In this document: positions 1 to 7,442 of the stretch, piece after piece | How the letters are laid out: every line of letters begins with the position of its first letter | Position numbering within the stretch: position 1 is the first letter of the stretch | Source of the DNA: Thermodesulfobacteriota bacterium | GTDB taxonomy: Bacteria; Desulfobacterota; UBA8473 | DNA: 39,893 nt | Assembly (NCBI GenBank): GCA_034190725.1 | Contig: JAXHSZ010000434.1 | Span: forward strand, 1-39,893 | Direction: 5' to 3' | Translations under genes and position numbers: made by a program | Notes under the pieces: generated by a model | Databases searched by the model: none | What the model was told of the DNA's origin: nothing | Seen by the model: only the letters and a program-made list of their open reading frames with translations

Positions 1-1047
1 GTGAAAAAGGAGTTTGCCGATGAAATGCTCCTTAGTATCAGTCAAATTGTAGATCCTAAGAAGATCGATTTTGTTATAAGCAATCATACGGAAATGGATC
101 ATTCAGGCGGACTTCCCAGGGTAATGCACAGAATCGGAGAAGACAAACCCCTCATATGCTCTCAGATGGGTTATAAAAATCTTGCTCGTCACTTCAAAGA
201 AAGATGGAACAACAAACCAGTGGAGAATGGAGAAGAGATGAGCCTGGGGAAAAGGACACTTACCTTTATGGAAACCAGGATGCTTCACTGGCCGGACAGT
301 ATGTTTACTTATGTGAAAGAGGACAAACTCCTCTTTTCAAGCGATGCCTTCGGACAGCATTATGCCGGATATGAGCGATTTGACGACGAGATCGGTGATG
401 CAATAATGCCACATGCTCTCAAATATTTTGCCAACATCCTTTTACTCTATTCTCCCTTGGTCCTCAAACTTGTCAGTAAGGTAACAGAGATGGGATTGTC
501 TATTGATACCATCTGCCCGGATCATGGTATTATCTGGCGAAAGGAACCTCACAAAATTATCAAAGCTTATGTGGAGTGGAGTACCCAGAAGCCAAAGAAG
601 AAGGCACTTGTCATTTATGATACCATGTGGCAAAGCACGAAAAAGATGGCAGAGTCCATTGCCACCGCAATAGCAGAAGAAGGAGTGGATGCAAAACCCA
701 TGCACCTGCGCTCCTGTCACAGAAGTGATGTCATGACCGAAGTTCTTGACGCCGGCGCTCTTGTTGTGGGGTCACCGACACTCAATAACGGACTCTTCCC
801 TACGGTAAGCGACTTTTTGACCTATATGAAGGGTCTTCGACCACAGAATAAGATCGGGGCCGCATTCTGCTCCTATGGATGGAGTGGTGAGGCAATGAAC
901 TTGATCAATAGTGAACTCACGGCCATGAAATTTGATGTTGTTGATCCTGGAGTAAAAATACAATATGTGCCTGATGAGAAAGGTTTAGAAGAATGCCGTC
1001 AATTGGGCCGGAACATAGGCAAAAGACTTGCCCGATTGGATGAATGA
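1..1047 (+). CDS. fprA: A-type flavodiiron protein (FprA/ROO-like O2/NO reductase); 5' end cut by window edge
   Basis: Frame is open from base 1. Di-iron metallo-beta-lactamase-fold motif NHTEMDHSGG, followed by a C-terminal flavodoxin-like domain (KKALVIYDTMWQSTKKMAE, VVGSPTLNNG, YGWSGEA). Stop TGA at 1045-1047. Confidence 0.9.
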   Translation: MKKEFADEMLLSISQIVDPKKIDFVISNHTEMDHSGGLPRVMHRIGEDKPLICSQMGYKNLARHFKERWNNKPVENGEEMSLGKRTLTFMETRMLHWPDSMFTYVKEDKLLFSSDAFGQHYAGYERFDDEIGDAIMPHALKYFANILLLYSPLVLKLVSKVTEMGLSIDTICPDHGIIWRKEPHKIIKAYVEWSTQKPKKKALVIYDTMWQSTKKMAESIATAIAEEGVDAKPMHLRSCHRSDVMTEVLDAGALVVGSPTLNNGLFPTVSDFLTYMKGLRPQNKIGAAFCSYGWSGEAMNLINSELTAMKFDVVDPGVKIQYVPDEKGLEECRQLGRNIGKRLARLDE

Positions 1048-1101
1048 CATTTAAGAGATGAGGCAATTTCTCATGTTGGATTATCTGAAAGGAAGATTGA
1101 T

Positions 1102-1314
1102 GTGAAAAGGGTGCCGGTCGTGGACATCGGTGAATGTTCTGATTGTGAATGCTGTCTTGAACTCTGTTCTGAAGTCTTCAGAAAGAACGAGATGGGATAT
1201 ATTGAAGTGACAGAACTTCCAGAATATCCGGAAGCGGCAGTTGAGGAGGCAATGCATCTGTGTCCCAGTGACTGCATTGCGTGGGAAGAAATTGAAGGAG
1301 GTGCTTGTGCATAA
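1102..1314 (+). CDS. Small single-cluster ferredoxin (CxxCxxC...CP type)
   Basis: 70-aa ORF with GTG start 6 nt after AAAGGAAG. Cys motif CSDCECCLELC plus distal LCPSDC, typical of mono-cluster [4Fe-4S]/[3Fe-4S] ferredoxins. Overlaps the next gene by 8 nt. Confidence 0.75.
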   Translation: MKRVPVVDIGECSDCECCLELCSEVFRKNEMGYIEVTELPEYPEAAVEEAMHLCPSDCIAWEEIEGGACA

Positions 1315-1921
1315 GAAATGGAAATGTACTGTCTGTGGGTATATTCATGAAGGTGAAGGCCCTCCGGACAAATGCCCTGTTTGCGGAGCGTTTAAATATC
1401 AATTCATTCTCTATGAGAAATTGCCGGATGTGCTGGAGAAGAGTCTGAAGGAGGCTTTCGCAGGAGAATCGAAGGCGTATGTTCGAAATTTGGCCTTTGC
1501 AGGCAAAGCAGATCAGGAGGAAATGCCCCAGATTGCAAGGCTATTTAGAGCTGTGGCTGAGGCAGAAAGGGTTCACGCGGCTGAGTATCTCAAATATCTT
1601 GAGGGAGTGATCGGTGACACCGAGGAAAATCTGAAAGCGGCCTTTGAGAATGAGATCAAAGCAAATACTACAATTTATCCACCTCTCATCAAGCAGGCCA
1701 CAGATCTGGAAAGAGAAGACATTGCGTGGAGTTTTTCCCGATCCCGAGACGTGGAAGAAAGACACAGCAAACTTTACAAGGATGCATTATCTGCAATGAT
1801 AACGGAACAAGAAGTGAACTACCATGTATGTCAGGTTTGTGGATATGTCTTTGATGGTGATCTGCCTGAAAGATGTCCGGTTTGTAAGGTGAGTAAGGAC
1901 AACTTCAAGGAAGTTTCTTGA
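1307..1921 (+). CDS. Rubrerythrin-family protein with rubredoxin-like CxxC..CxxC knuckles at both N- and C-termini
   Basis: GTG at 1307 lies 5 nt after AGGAGG (1296-1301); the longer ORF from 1241 runs inside the ferredoxin gene. N-terminal WKCTVCGY..DKCPVCGA. Ferritin-like core with E/ExxH pairs (AGESKAY, EAERVH, ENEIKA, VEERH). C-terminal HVCQVCGY..ERCPVCKV. Confidence 0.85.
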   Translation: MHKKWKCTVCGYIHEGEGPPDKCPVCGAFKYQFILYEKLPDVLEKSLKEAFAGESKAYVRNLAFAGKADQEEMPQIARLFRAVAEAERVHAAEYLKYLEGVIGDTEENLKAAFENEIKANTTIYPPLIKQATDLEREDIAWSFSRSRDVEERHSKLYKDALSAMITEQEVNYHVCQVCGYVFDGDLPERCPVCKVSKDNFKEVS

Positions 1922-1973
1922 TCGATTCAATAGAAAGCCATTCTATTGAGAGTAGGAGAAACTTGATTAACTC

Positions 1974-2131
1974 GTGTTCATCCATAAATGGCTATTTTTC
2001 GCGATCTCTGCGTCAGACTCAGATGTAAGGGCACATAGCAACGTGCCCCTACATACCCAATGTATTCATGCGGTTAAAATCTTCTTCTTCCTTGACCGTA
2101 TAAAAAATATCTTAATTCTGGATGGACACTA
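1974..2131 (+). mobile_element. MITE-like intergenic repeat, copy A (~158 bp)
   Basis: Terminal inverted repeats GTGTTCATCCATAAATGGCTATTTT ... AAAATATCTTAATTCTGGATGGACAC. Internal blocks (CTCTGCGTCAGACTCAGAT, CCCAATGTATTCATGCGGTTAAAATCTTC) are shared with copies at 3816, 33442 and 37015. Confidence 0.8.
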
Positions 2132-2152
2132 ACTATGTGAAAGGAGCAAGAA

Positions 2153-2635
2153 ATGGTATTCTTTTCTGGAGCTGAAATAATAGAAGTAGCAGTACAAATA
2201 GAAAGAAACGGTTTTTCTTTCTACAAAACCCTTGCAGACTCTTTGAAAGATAAAGATACTCAGGATCTCTTCAACCATCTTGCAGGCGAGGAGGAAAAAC
2301 ATATCAAGAGTTTTCAATCTCTTTATGAATCATTCAAAGAGTACACGCCGGATGTTGCGGATAAGGAAGAGTATTACGATTATATCAATATGCTGGCATC
2401 AATGAATGTTTTTACGAAAAAAGAGGGTATAGATGAGGTGGTTAGTAGAATGAAAAACAAGAAAGATGCCCTGGACATGGCTATTCGGTTTGAAAAAGAT
2501 TCAGTAGTCTTTTTTACTGAGATAAAAGGTCTTGTCAGAGAATCAGAAAAAGACTCGGTTGAAAACCTCATCTGTCAGGAACAAAGTCATTTACGAAGAC
2601 TCCTTCGGTTACTGAAAAGTGAGGAACAAAAGTGA
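2153..2635 (+). CDS. Ferritin-like di-iron protein (rubrerythrin superfamily, no rubredoxin domain)
   Basis: ATG preceded by AAAGGAG. Di-iron ligand pattern QIERNG..AGEEEKH in the first helix pair and RFEKDS..CQEQSH in the second. Confidence 0.8.
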   Translation: MVFFSGAEIIEVAVQIERNGFSFYKTLADSLKDKDTQDLFNHLAGEEEKHIKSFQSLYESFKEYTPDVADKEEYYDYINMLASMNVFTKKEGIDEVVSRMKNKKDALDMAIRFEKDSVVFFTEIKGLVRESEKDSVENLICQEQSHLRRLLRLLKSEEQK

Positions 2636-2663
2636 ATCTAATCAACAAAGGGAGGATAACATT

Positions 2664-3236
2664 ATGGGATTAAAAGGAAGTCGGACTGAAAGAAATATTT
2701 TGACCGCTTTTTCAGGAGAATCTCAGGCCCGTAACAGGTATACATATTTCTCCAGTCAGGCCAAAAAGGAAGGGTTTCAACAGATGGCATACATTTTTGA
2801 AGAGACAGCCGACCAGGAGAAGGAACATGCAAAGAGACTCTTCAAACTTCTTCAAGGAGGAGAAGTTGAGATAAAAGCAGCTTTCCCGGCCGGTGTCATC
2901 GGTACAACTGCTCAAAACCTCAAGGAAGCGGCAGCGGGTGAAAACTATGAATGGACGGACATGTATCCTTCATTTGCAAAGGTTGCAAGAGAAGAAGGTT
3001 TTGAGGACATCGCCAAAATATTCGAGTCCATAGCAGTGGCTGAAAAGCAGCACGAAAGAAGATATCTTGGACTTCTTACAAATATTGAAAAAGGTACGGT
3101 TTTTAAGAAAGAAAAATCAGTGACCTGGCGATGCCGAAATTGCGGCTATCTTCATGAAGGAATCGAGGCGCCGGGAACATGCCCCGCATGTGACCATGCT
3201 CAGGCTCATTTCGAGCTTCTAGCAGAGAATTGGTAG
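2664..3236 (+). CDS. rbr: Rubrerythrin (classical: N-terminal di-iron four-helix bundle plus C-terminal rubredoxin-like domain)
   Basis: ATG at 2664 follows AGGGAGGA. N-terminus [53 protein letters not shown]-terminal [16 protein letters not shown]. The upstream extension of the ORF (2619) overlaps the previous gene and lacks an RBS. Confidence 0.95.
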   Translation: MGLKGSRTERNILTAFSGESQARNRYTYFSSQAKKEGFQQMAYIFEETADQEKEHAKRLFKLLQGGEVEIKAAFPAGVIGTTAQNLKEAAAGENYEWTDMYPSFAKVAREEGFEDIAKIFESIAVAEKQHERRYLGLLTNIEKGTVFKKEKSVTWRCRNCGYLHEGIEAPGTCPACDHAQAHFELLAENW

Positions 3237-3297
3237 TCAAATGGTCACATGACATCAAAGGTAACATTCCCTTTGAATGTGAGGAAAGGAGTTTGAA

Positions 3298-3813
3298 ATG
3301 AAAGAAAGGGTCGGAGCTGTAACAATGAGAGGGAATCCTCTTACTCTTATGGGAGAGGAGTTGAAGGTGGGCGACAAAGCGCCTGACTTTCAAGTGATTG
3401 ACAATGAAATGTCTCCGGTGAAGCTTTCGTCATTTATGGGAAAGGTGTGTATCATATCATCTGTGCCGTCTCTGGATACTCCCGTATGTGACATGGAGAC
3501 TCGACGCTTCAACGAAGAAGCCGGTCGATTAGCCTCGGATGTAGCCGTACTCACCATCAGCATGGATCTTCCTTTTGCACAGAAACGATGGTGTGGAGCA
3601 GCGGGTGTAGACAAAGTGAAAACCCTTTCCGACCACAAAGATGCCTCTTTCGGTATCTCATACGGTGTGCTCATAAAAGAACTGAGATTATTGGCAAGAG
3701 CTGTCTTTGTTATTGATCGGAATGGTGTCATCCGTTTTGTGAATTTGGTGAAAGAAATGACGGAGGAGCCGGATTATGATTCCATTCTTGCAGCAGTGAA
3801 AGAAATTGCTTAA
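3298..3813 (+). CDS. tpx: Thiol peroxidase (Tpx-type atypical 2-Cys peroxiredoxin)
   Basis: GNPLTLMGEELKVGDKAPDF, SVPSLDTPVCDMETRRFN (peroxidatic Cys), LPFAQKRWCGA (resolving Cys). RBS AGGAAAGGAG. Confidence 0.93.
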   Translation: MKERVGAVTMRGNPLTLMGEELKVGDKAPDFQVIDNEMSPVKLSSFMGKVCIISSVPSLDTPVCDMETRRFNEEAGRLASDVAVLTISMDLPFAQKRWCGAAGVDKVKTLSDHKDASFGISYGVLIKELRLLARAVFVIDRNGVIRFVNLVKEMTEEPDYDSILAAVKEIA

Positions 3814-3815
3814 AC

Positions 3816-3960
3816 AGTGTCTGAACAAAAACTTGATGGTTTTTTCAAGTTCAAGGAAGATAAAGATTTTAACCGCGGGAATACATTGAGTATTTGGAGG
3901 ACTAAAATCTGAATCCGACACAGAAATTGGGAAAAAATAGCAGTTTCCATTCGGGCACTA
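3816..3960 (-). mobile_element. MITE-like intergenic repeat, copy B (inverted orientation, ~145 bp)
   Basis: The reverse complement aligns with copies A/D/E (…CAGATTTTAGTCCTCCAAATACTCAATGTATTCCCGCGGTTAAAATCTTTATCTTCCTTGAAC…). It starts 2 nt after the tpx stop codon. The ends are AGTGTC... and ...GGGCACTA. Confidence 0.75.
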
Positions 3961-4028
3961 AATATATGAAACACTATGCCTGTTCTTCAAAGAATGGGCC
4001 AAATGAAATGGGAGGAAGTGAGGAGATT

Positions 4029-4481
4029 ATGAATGGAGATGGTCTGAAGGAAATTATTGATTTTGCAGTGAAAAAAGAACAAGAAGCAGCTGATTTTTAT
4101 AATGATCTCTCAGGTAAGGTTGAGTTGAAAGCACTGGCTGAAGAGTTACTCAAAATGGCCCGAGTGGAGGAGAGCCATAGGGATCGATTGAGAAATATGG
4201 ATGTCTCCGCTTATGTGGCAAGCCCAGTAAAACCTCCAATTGACCTTAAAATTGCCGATTATTTGATCGATAAAGAACCCACACCCGAGATGTCATGGCA
4301 AGATCTGGTGCACATAGCCATGAAACGGGAGCTGGCTTCTATGAGACTCTATACTGATCTGGCAAAAGGAACCTCTGATCCTCAAGCCAGACGACTCTTT
4401 GAGAATCTGGCAGTTGAAGAGGAGGCTCACAAACTCTATTTTGAAAAGATTTGGGATGAAGAGATCATGACGGACAATTAA
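4029..4481 (+). CDS. Ferritin-like di-iron protein (rubrerythrin superfamily)
   Basis: ATG at 4029 follows GGGAGGAAGTGAGGAG. AVKKEQEAADFY, ARVEESHRDRL, AMKRELASMRLY, AVEEEAHKLYF. The longer ORF from 3927 begins inside MITE copy B and is rejected. Confidence 0.8.
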   Translation: MNGDGLKEIIDFAVKKEQEAADFYNDLSGKVELKALAEELLKMARVEESHRDRLRNMDVSAYVASPVKPPIDLKIADYLIDKEPTPEMSWQDLVHIAMKRELASMRLYTDLAKGTSDPQARRLFENLAVEEEAHKLYFEKIWDEEIMTDN

Positions 4482-4508
4482 ATCCTGAATGGAAAAGACC
4501 TCTTTGCC

Positions 4509-4574
4509 TTTCAGATAAACCAAGTGTCAGGAGAGAAAAAAGGATCTGAAACCTGAACACTGACACTTGAAACA
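4509..4574. repeat. GTTTCAGGT-type heptamer-rich inverted-repeat element (family 2), locus a
   Basis: CAAGTGTCAG (4521-4530) and CTGACACTTG (4560-4569) form a perfect 10-bp inverted repeat. TTTCAGAT and ATCTGAAA form a second pair. Motifs CTGAAACCTGAACACTGACAC are shared with loci at 10397, 14172, 17172 and 21987. Confidence 0.7.
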
Positions 4575-4704
4575 GAAATTTAACTCCATATCAGGGGCGA
4601 TTTACATTTTCTAAGAAATTGTTCGTTGTGGTGTGCATCGTTAAAAGTATGCACTGAGAAATGAAGGATGCCTCATTTTCGATGTAAAAAAAGGAGGAAA
4701 TGTA

Positions 4705-5079
4705 ATGACAAAGAAATTGGAGATCTATAAATGTGAAGTGTGCGGGAATATGGTTGAAATGATCCACGATGGCAAGGGTGAACTTGTATGCTGTGGTCAA
4801 CCCATGAAGCTCTTTGTGGAGAACACAACAGATGCAGCCAAAGAGAAGCATGTGCCTGTGCTGGAGAAGGCCGATGACTCATGCAAGGTGAAGGTTGGAA
4901 GTGTTCCTCATCCTATGGAGGAAGCCCATTACATCGAATGGATTGAAGTGATCTCAGATGGAAAAGCGTATCGCCAGTTCCTCAAGCCGGGAGAGAAGCC
5001 TGAAGCTGTTTTTCCCATTAAAGCAGAGAAGATCACTTCCCGTGAATACTGTAATCTTCACGGTCTGTGGAAAGCATGA
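4705..5079 (+). CDS. dfx: Desulfoferrodoxin (2Fe superoxide reductase)
   Basis: N-terminal desulforedoxin-like CEVCGN..VCCGQPM. Centre II ligands [38 protein letters not shown]. Confidence 0.95.
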   Translation: MTKKLEIYKCEVCGNMVEMIHDGKGELVCCGQPMKLFVENTTDAAKEKHVPVLEKADDSCKVKVGSVPHPMEEAHYIEWIEVISDGKAYRQFLKPGEKPEAVFPIKAEKITSREYCNLHGLWKA

Positions 5080-5112
5080 TATGAGAGTCGTCTTGTAGAG
5101 ACAGAGGTTCAA

Positions 5113-5853
5113 TTGTCATCTAAAAGGAGAAGAGATCTCAAGGATCATGTGAGAAACTTGCTCAATTTTTTTGATATTGATCAGGCGTTGTGTGAGCTGT
5201 CCCAAATTCCCCCTCGCAGGGTCATCAATCCTCTTTTGTCCTTATTCTACAGCCAAGATGAAGAAATAAGGTGGAAGGCGATTACGGCAATCGGTTCTCT
5301 TGTCTCCCTTATTGCTGCAAAGGACATGGAATCCGCCCGCATTGTGATGCGTCGACTCATGTGGAATCTCAATGACGAGTCCGGAGGAATAGGCTGGGGT
5401 GCTCCTGAAGCCATGGGTGAGATCATGGCCCGACATGAGGGTCTGGCAAAAGAGTATGCTCACATTCTCGTTTCCTATGCTCGAGAAGACGGCAATTTTT
5501 TGGAACACGAACCATTGCAATGCGGTGTATTGTGGGGTCTTGGGAGGTTGGCCCAGGCAAGGCCCCATATATTACAAGGACGAGGCGTAATACCACTTCT
5601 TCATCCCAACCTGGGATCACCAAATGCAACGATCAGAGCACTGGCTGCCTGGACTATTGGATTACTTGGTGTTAAAGACAGTCGTTCCCGGATTGAAGAG
5701 CTTTTGGGAGATAATGCCTCTGTTCACCTTTTTATTGATCAAAAAATATCGACGTATAGAGTCAAAGAAATAGCCAGGGACGCATTAACAAAATCGATAG
5801 ATCGTCGAGTTGGGGAAGTGTATTCTGAAGAGAGTATTCCTGAAACGAATTGA
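5113..5853 (+). CDS. HEAT/armadillo-like repeat protein of unknown function
   Basis: TTG start 5 nt after GAGG. Repeated helical motifs of HEAT type (DEEIRWKAITAIGSL, LWGLGRLAQARP, NATIRALAAWTIGLLG). From memory it resembles the proteins that databases label the DVU0298 family; this needs an HMM check. Confidence 0.65.
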   Translation: MSSKRRRDLKDHVRNLLNFFDIDQALCELSQIPPRRVINPLLSLFYSQDEEIRWKAITAIGSLVSLIAAKDMESARIVMRRLMWNLNDESGGIGWGAPEAMGEIMARHEGLAKEYAHILVSYAREDGNFLEHEPLQCGVLWGLGRLAQARPHILQGRGVIPLLHPNLGSPNATIRALAAWTIGLLGVKDSRSRIEELLGDNASVHLFIDQKISTYRVKEIARDALTKSIDRRVGEVYSEESIPETN

Positions 5854-5913
5854 TATGGCTGTTTTCAGTAATCTCTTCGAAAGTCTGTAAATAGAAAAAC
5901 AAAGGAGGTTTAT

Positions 5914-6114
5914 ATGACGACACCTAAACATTGCCCTGGTTTTGACTTATACCATAACCTGGATGCCTTTATATGTAAATGTCCCAGTTGCGGCAAGGAA
6001 AAGGAGATCTTCGCTGATGAATTCGATTCAAAGCACAAATGTCCGGGATGTGGGAAGGAGATTGATTTCACTCAATGTTCTATTGAAGGACCAAAATTAA
6101 AGGAAGGTGCATAG
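5914..6114 (+). CDS. Small Cys-rich zinc-ribbon/rubredoxin-knuckle protein (66 aa)
   Basis: Strong RBS AAAGGAGG 7 nt upstream of the ATG. Two CPxCGKE knuckles (CPSCGKEKE, CPGCGKEID) plus extra Cys. Confidence 0.6.
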   Translation: MTTPKHCPGFDLYHNLDAFICKCPSCGKEKEIFADEFDSKHKCPGCGKEIDFTQCSIEGPKLKEGA

Positions 6115-6430
6115 ATATACATCGAAATTGTAGGTTTTTATTCACATCATTCTTGACATGGGAAAACCATCCTTGCGTTTTTCCAAAGAAAAGTTTATAA
6201 ATGAATTAGGAAAGACAATGACTCATGTTAATGAATCGCAACATTGCAATGACGATGATGCATACTCGGCGGTCTATCGACGATTTCCAGCCCTGATATC
6301 AAGACTACTACTTATTCAAGGACAATTTAATGGAATGGGGCGAGTATCTCTGAAAAGTTTTATCAATTCATAATTTTTAACGTAATCTTAAACAACCAAT
6401 GTTTCACATACGAAACGAAGTATCCTAGAT

Positions 6431-6573
6431 AGTGCCCATCCAGAAATGGTCTTTTTGCCCAATATCTGCGTTATGCTCAAAAAATAATCCTCGGAATAGC
6501 AAACATATGCCTGTGGTTATTTTTTTCGCATGCCTTGATCTTGAACAAAAATCCTCATTTCTGGATGGACACC
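6431..6573 (+). mobile_element. MITE-like intergenic repeat, copy C (divergent)
   Basis: The ends AGTGCCCATCCAGAAATGG ... CATTTCTGGATGGACACC are near-perfect inverted repeats and match the termini of copy E. The interior is diverged. Confidence 0.65.
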
Positions 6574-6770
6574 AGATAATTTCTACTGATATACTGCATA
6601 GAGGGGCCTTTCATGAATTGCCCCTATTGGAGATACTTCAGCCATTTCATATTTAAGTTTTGTGACAGTTTAGCAAATGATCTCGGCACCTTACTTCAGG
6701 GTTATTTGCTAGAATAATAAAGATTTGAATATATTACAAGCCCTTCTAATGTGCATATATTGTTATCGAT

Positions 6771-6799
6771 TTTTAATGTGAGTCTAGGTCTGATATAAT
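6771..6799 (+). promoter_or_regulatory. Candidate sigma70-type promoter for nifU-nifS (extended -10)
   Basis: TGATATAAT at 6791-6799 (TGn + TATAAT). Weak -35 TTTTAA at 6771-6776 with a 17-nt spacer. Lies 109 nt upstream of the ATG at 6908. Pattern match by eye only. Confidence 0.3.
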
Positions 6800-6907
6800 G
6801 AAGGTTTACAAAGGGATAAACGTGATTATATTATAGTAAAAATAGTAAAAAGGTAATAAAGAAGATAACATGTATCTCACAGTGTCAAACGTAAGGAGGA
6901 AAAGAAA

Positions 6908-7420
6908 ATGTACTCAGAAGTTGTTATGGATCATTTTAAAAATCCGAGAAATGTCGGTGAGATGAAGGATGCGGATTCAGTTGGAGAAGTGGGCAATCCG
7001 GTCTGCGGTGATATGATGAATATCTACATCAAGGTGAAAGATGATCGTATAGAGGATATAAGTTTTCAAACATTCGGTTGTGGAGCGGCTATTGCCGTAT
7101 CAAGTATGCTCACGGAGATGGCCAAAGGCAAGACCATAGAAGAGGCTAAAAAGATTACAAATAAAGCGGTGGCTGAATCTCTGGGAGGTCTTCCAAAGAA
7201 CAAACTCCATTGCTCAAACCTGGGGGCGGACGCACTCCAACTGGCCATAAAGAATTACGAGGACAAAAAGGCAGGAAAAGTCAGGGAAGAAAAAATAGTA
7301 GAGGAGAAACACGAGCATTTGCATGGTGAGACCTGCAAATGTCCATATTGTAACGGCGATGTGGATCTGGAGTTGGATGTATGTTCAAGTTGTGGGAAAG
7401 TGGTGGAGAACTGTCACTGA
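6908..7420 (+). CDS. nifU: NifU/IscU-type Fe-S cluster scaffold with C-terminal Cys-rich extension
   Basis: HFKNPRNVG, GNPVCGDMM, FQTFGCGAAIA, LHCSNLGADAL (the three scaffold Cys). Extra tail HGETCKCPYCNG..CSSCGKVVENCH. RBS AAGGAGGA. Confidence 0.9.
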   Translation: MYSEVVMDHFKNPRNVGEMKDADSVGEVGNPVCGDMMNIYIKVKDDRIEDISFQTFGCGAAIAVSSMLTEMAKGKTIEEAKKITNKAVAESLGGLPKNKLHCSNLGADALQLAIKNYEDKKAGKVREEKIVEEKHEHLHGETCKCPYCNGDVDLELDVCSSCGKVVENCH

Positions 7421-7442
7421 ATTCGGGTAAGGAGGCCCAGAA

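Noticed and set aside
3927-4028. N-terminal 34-codon extension of the ferritin-like ORF (start at 3927)
   Set aside because: The extension starts inside MITE copy B and has no RBS. The ATG at 4029 has a strong GGGAGGAAGTGAGGAG upstream.
6158-6373. 71-aa ORF in the gap after the Cys4 mini-protein
   Set aside because: It has no Shine-Dalgarno sequence and no recognisable motif, and it sits in an AT-rich intergenic context.
6432-6656. 74-aa ORF, plus related ORFs 3688..3921(-) and 36979..37167(+), with the shared peptide …IPAVKIF.FLDL.KNISFLDGH
   Set aside because: These are translations of the MITE itself. The frame is indel-free between copies, but copy D has an in-frame TAA and copy A an insertion. 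There are no RBSs, and the synonymous/non-synonymous balance between copies is not clearly biased. It may be a relic of a parental transposase C-terminus, but it is not supportable as a gene.
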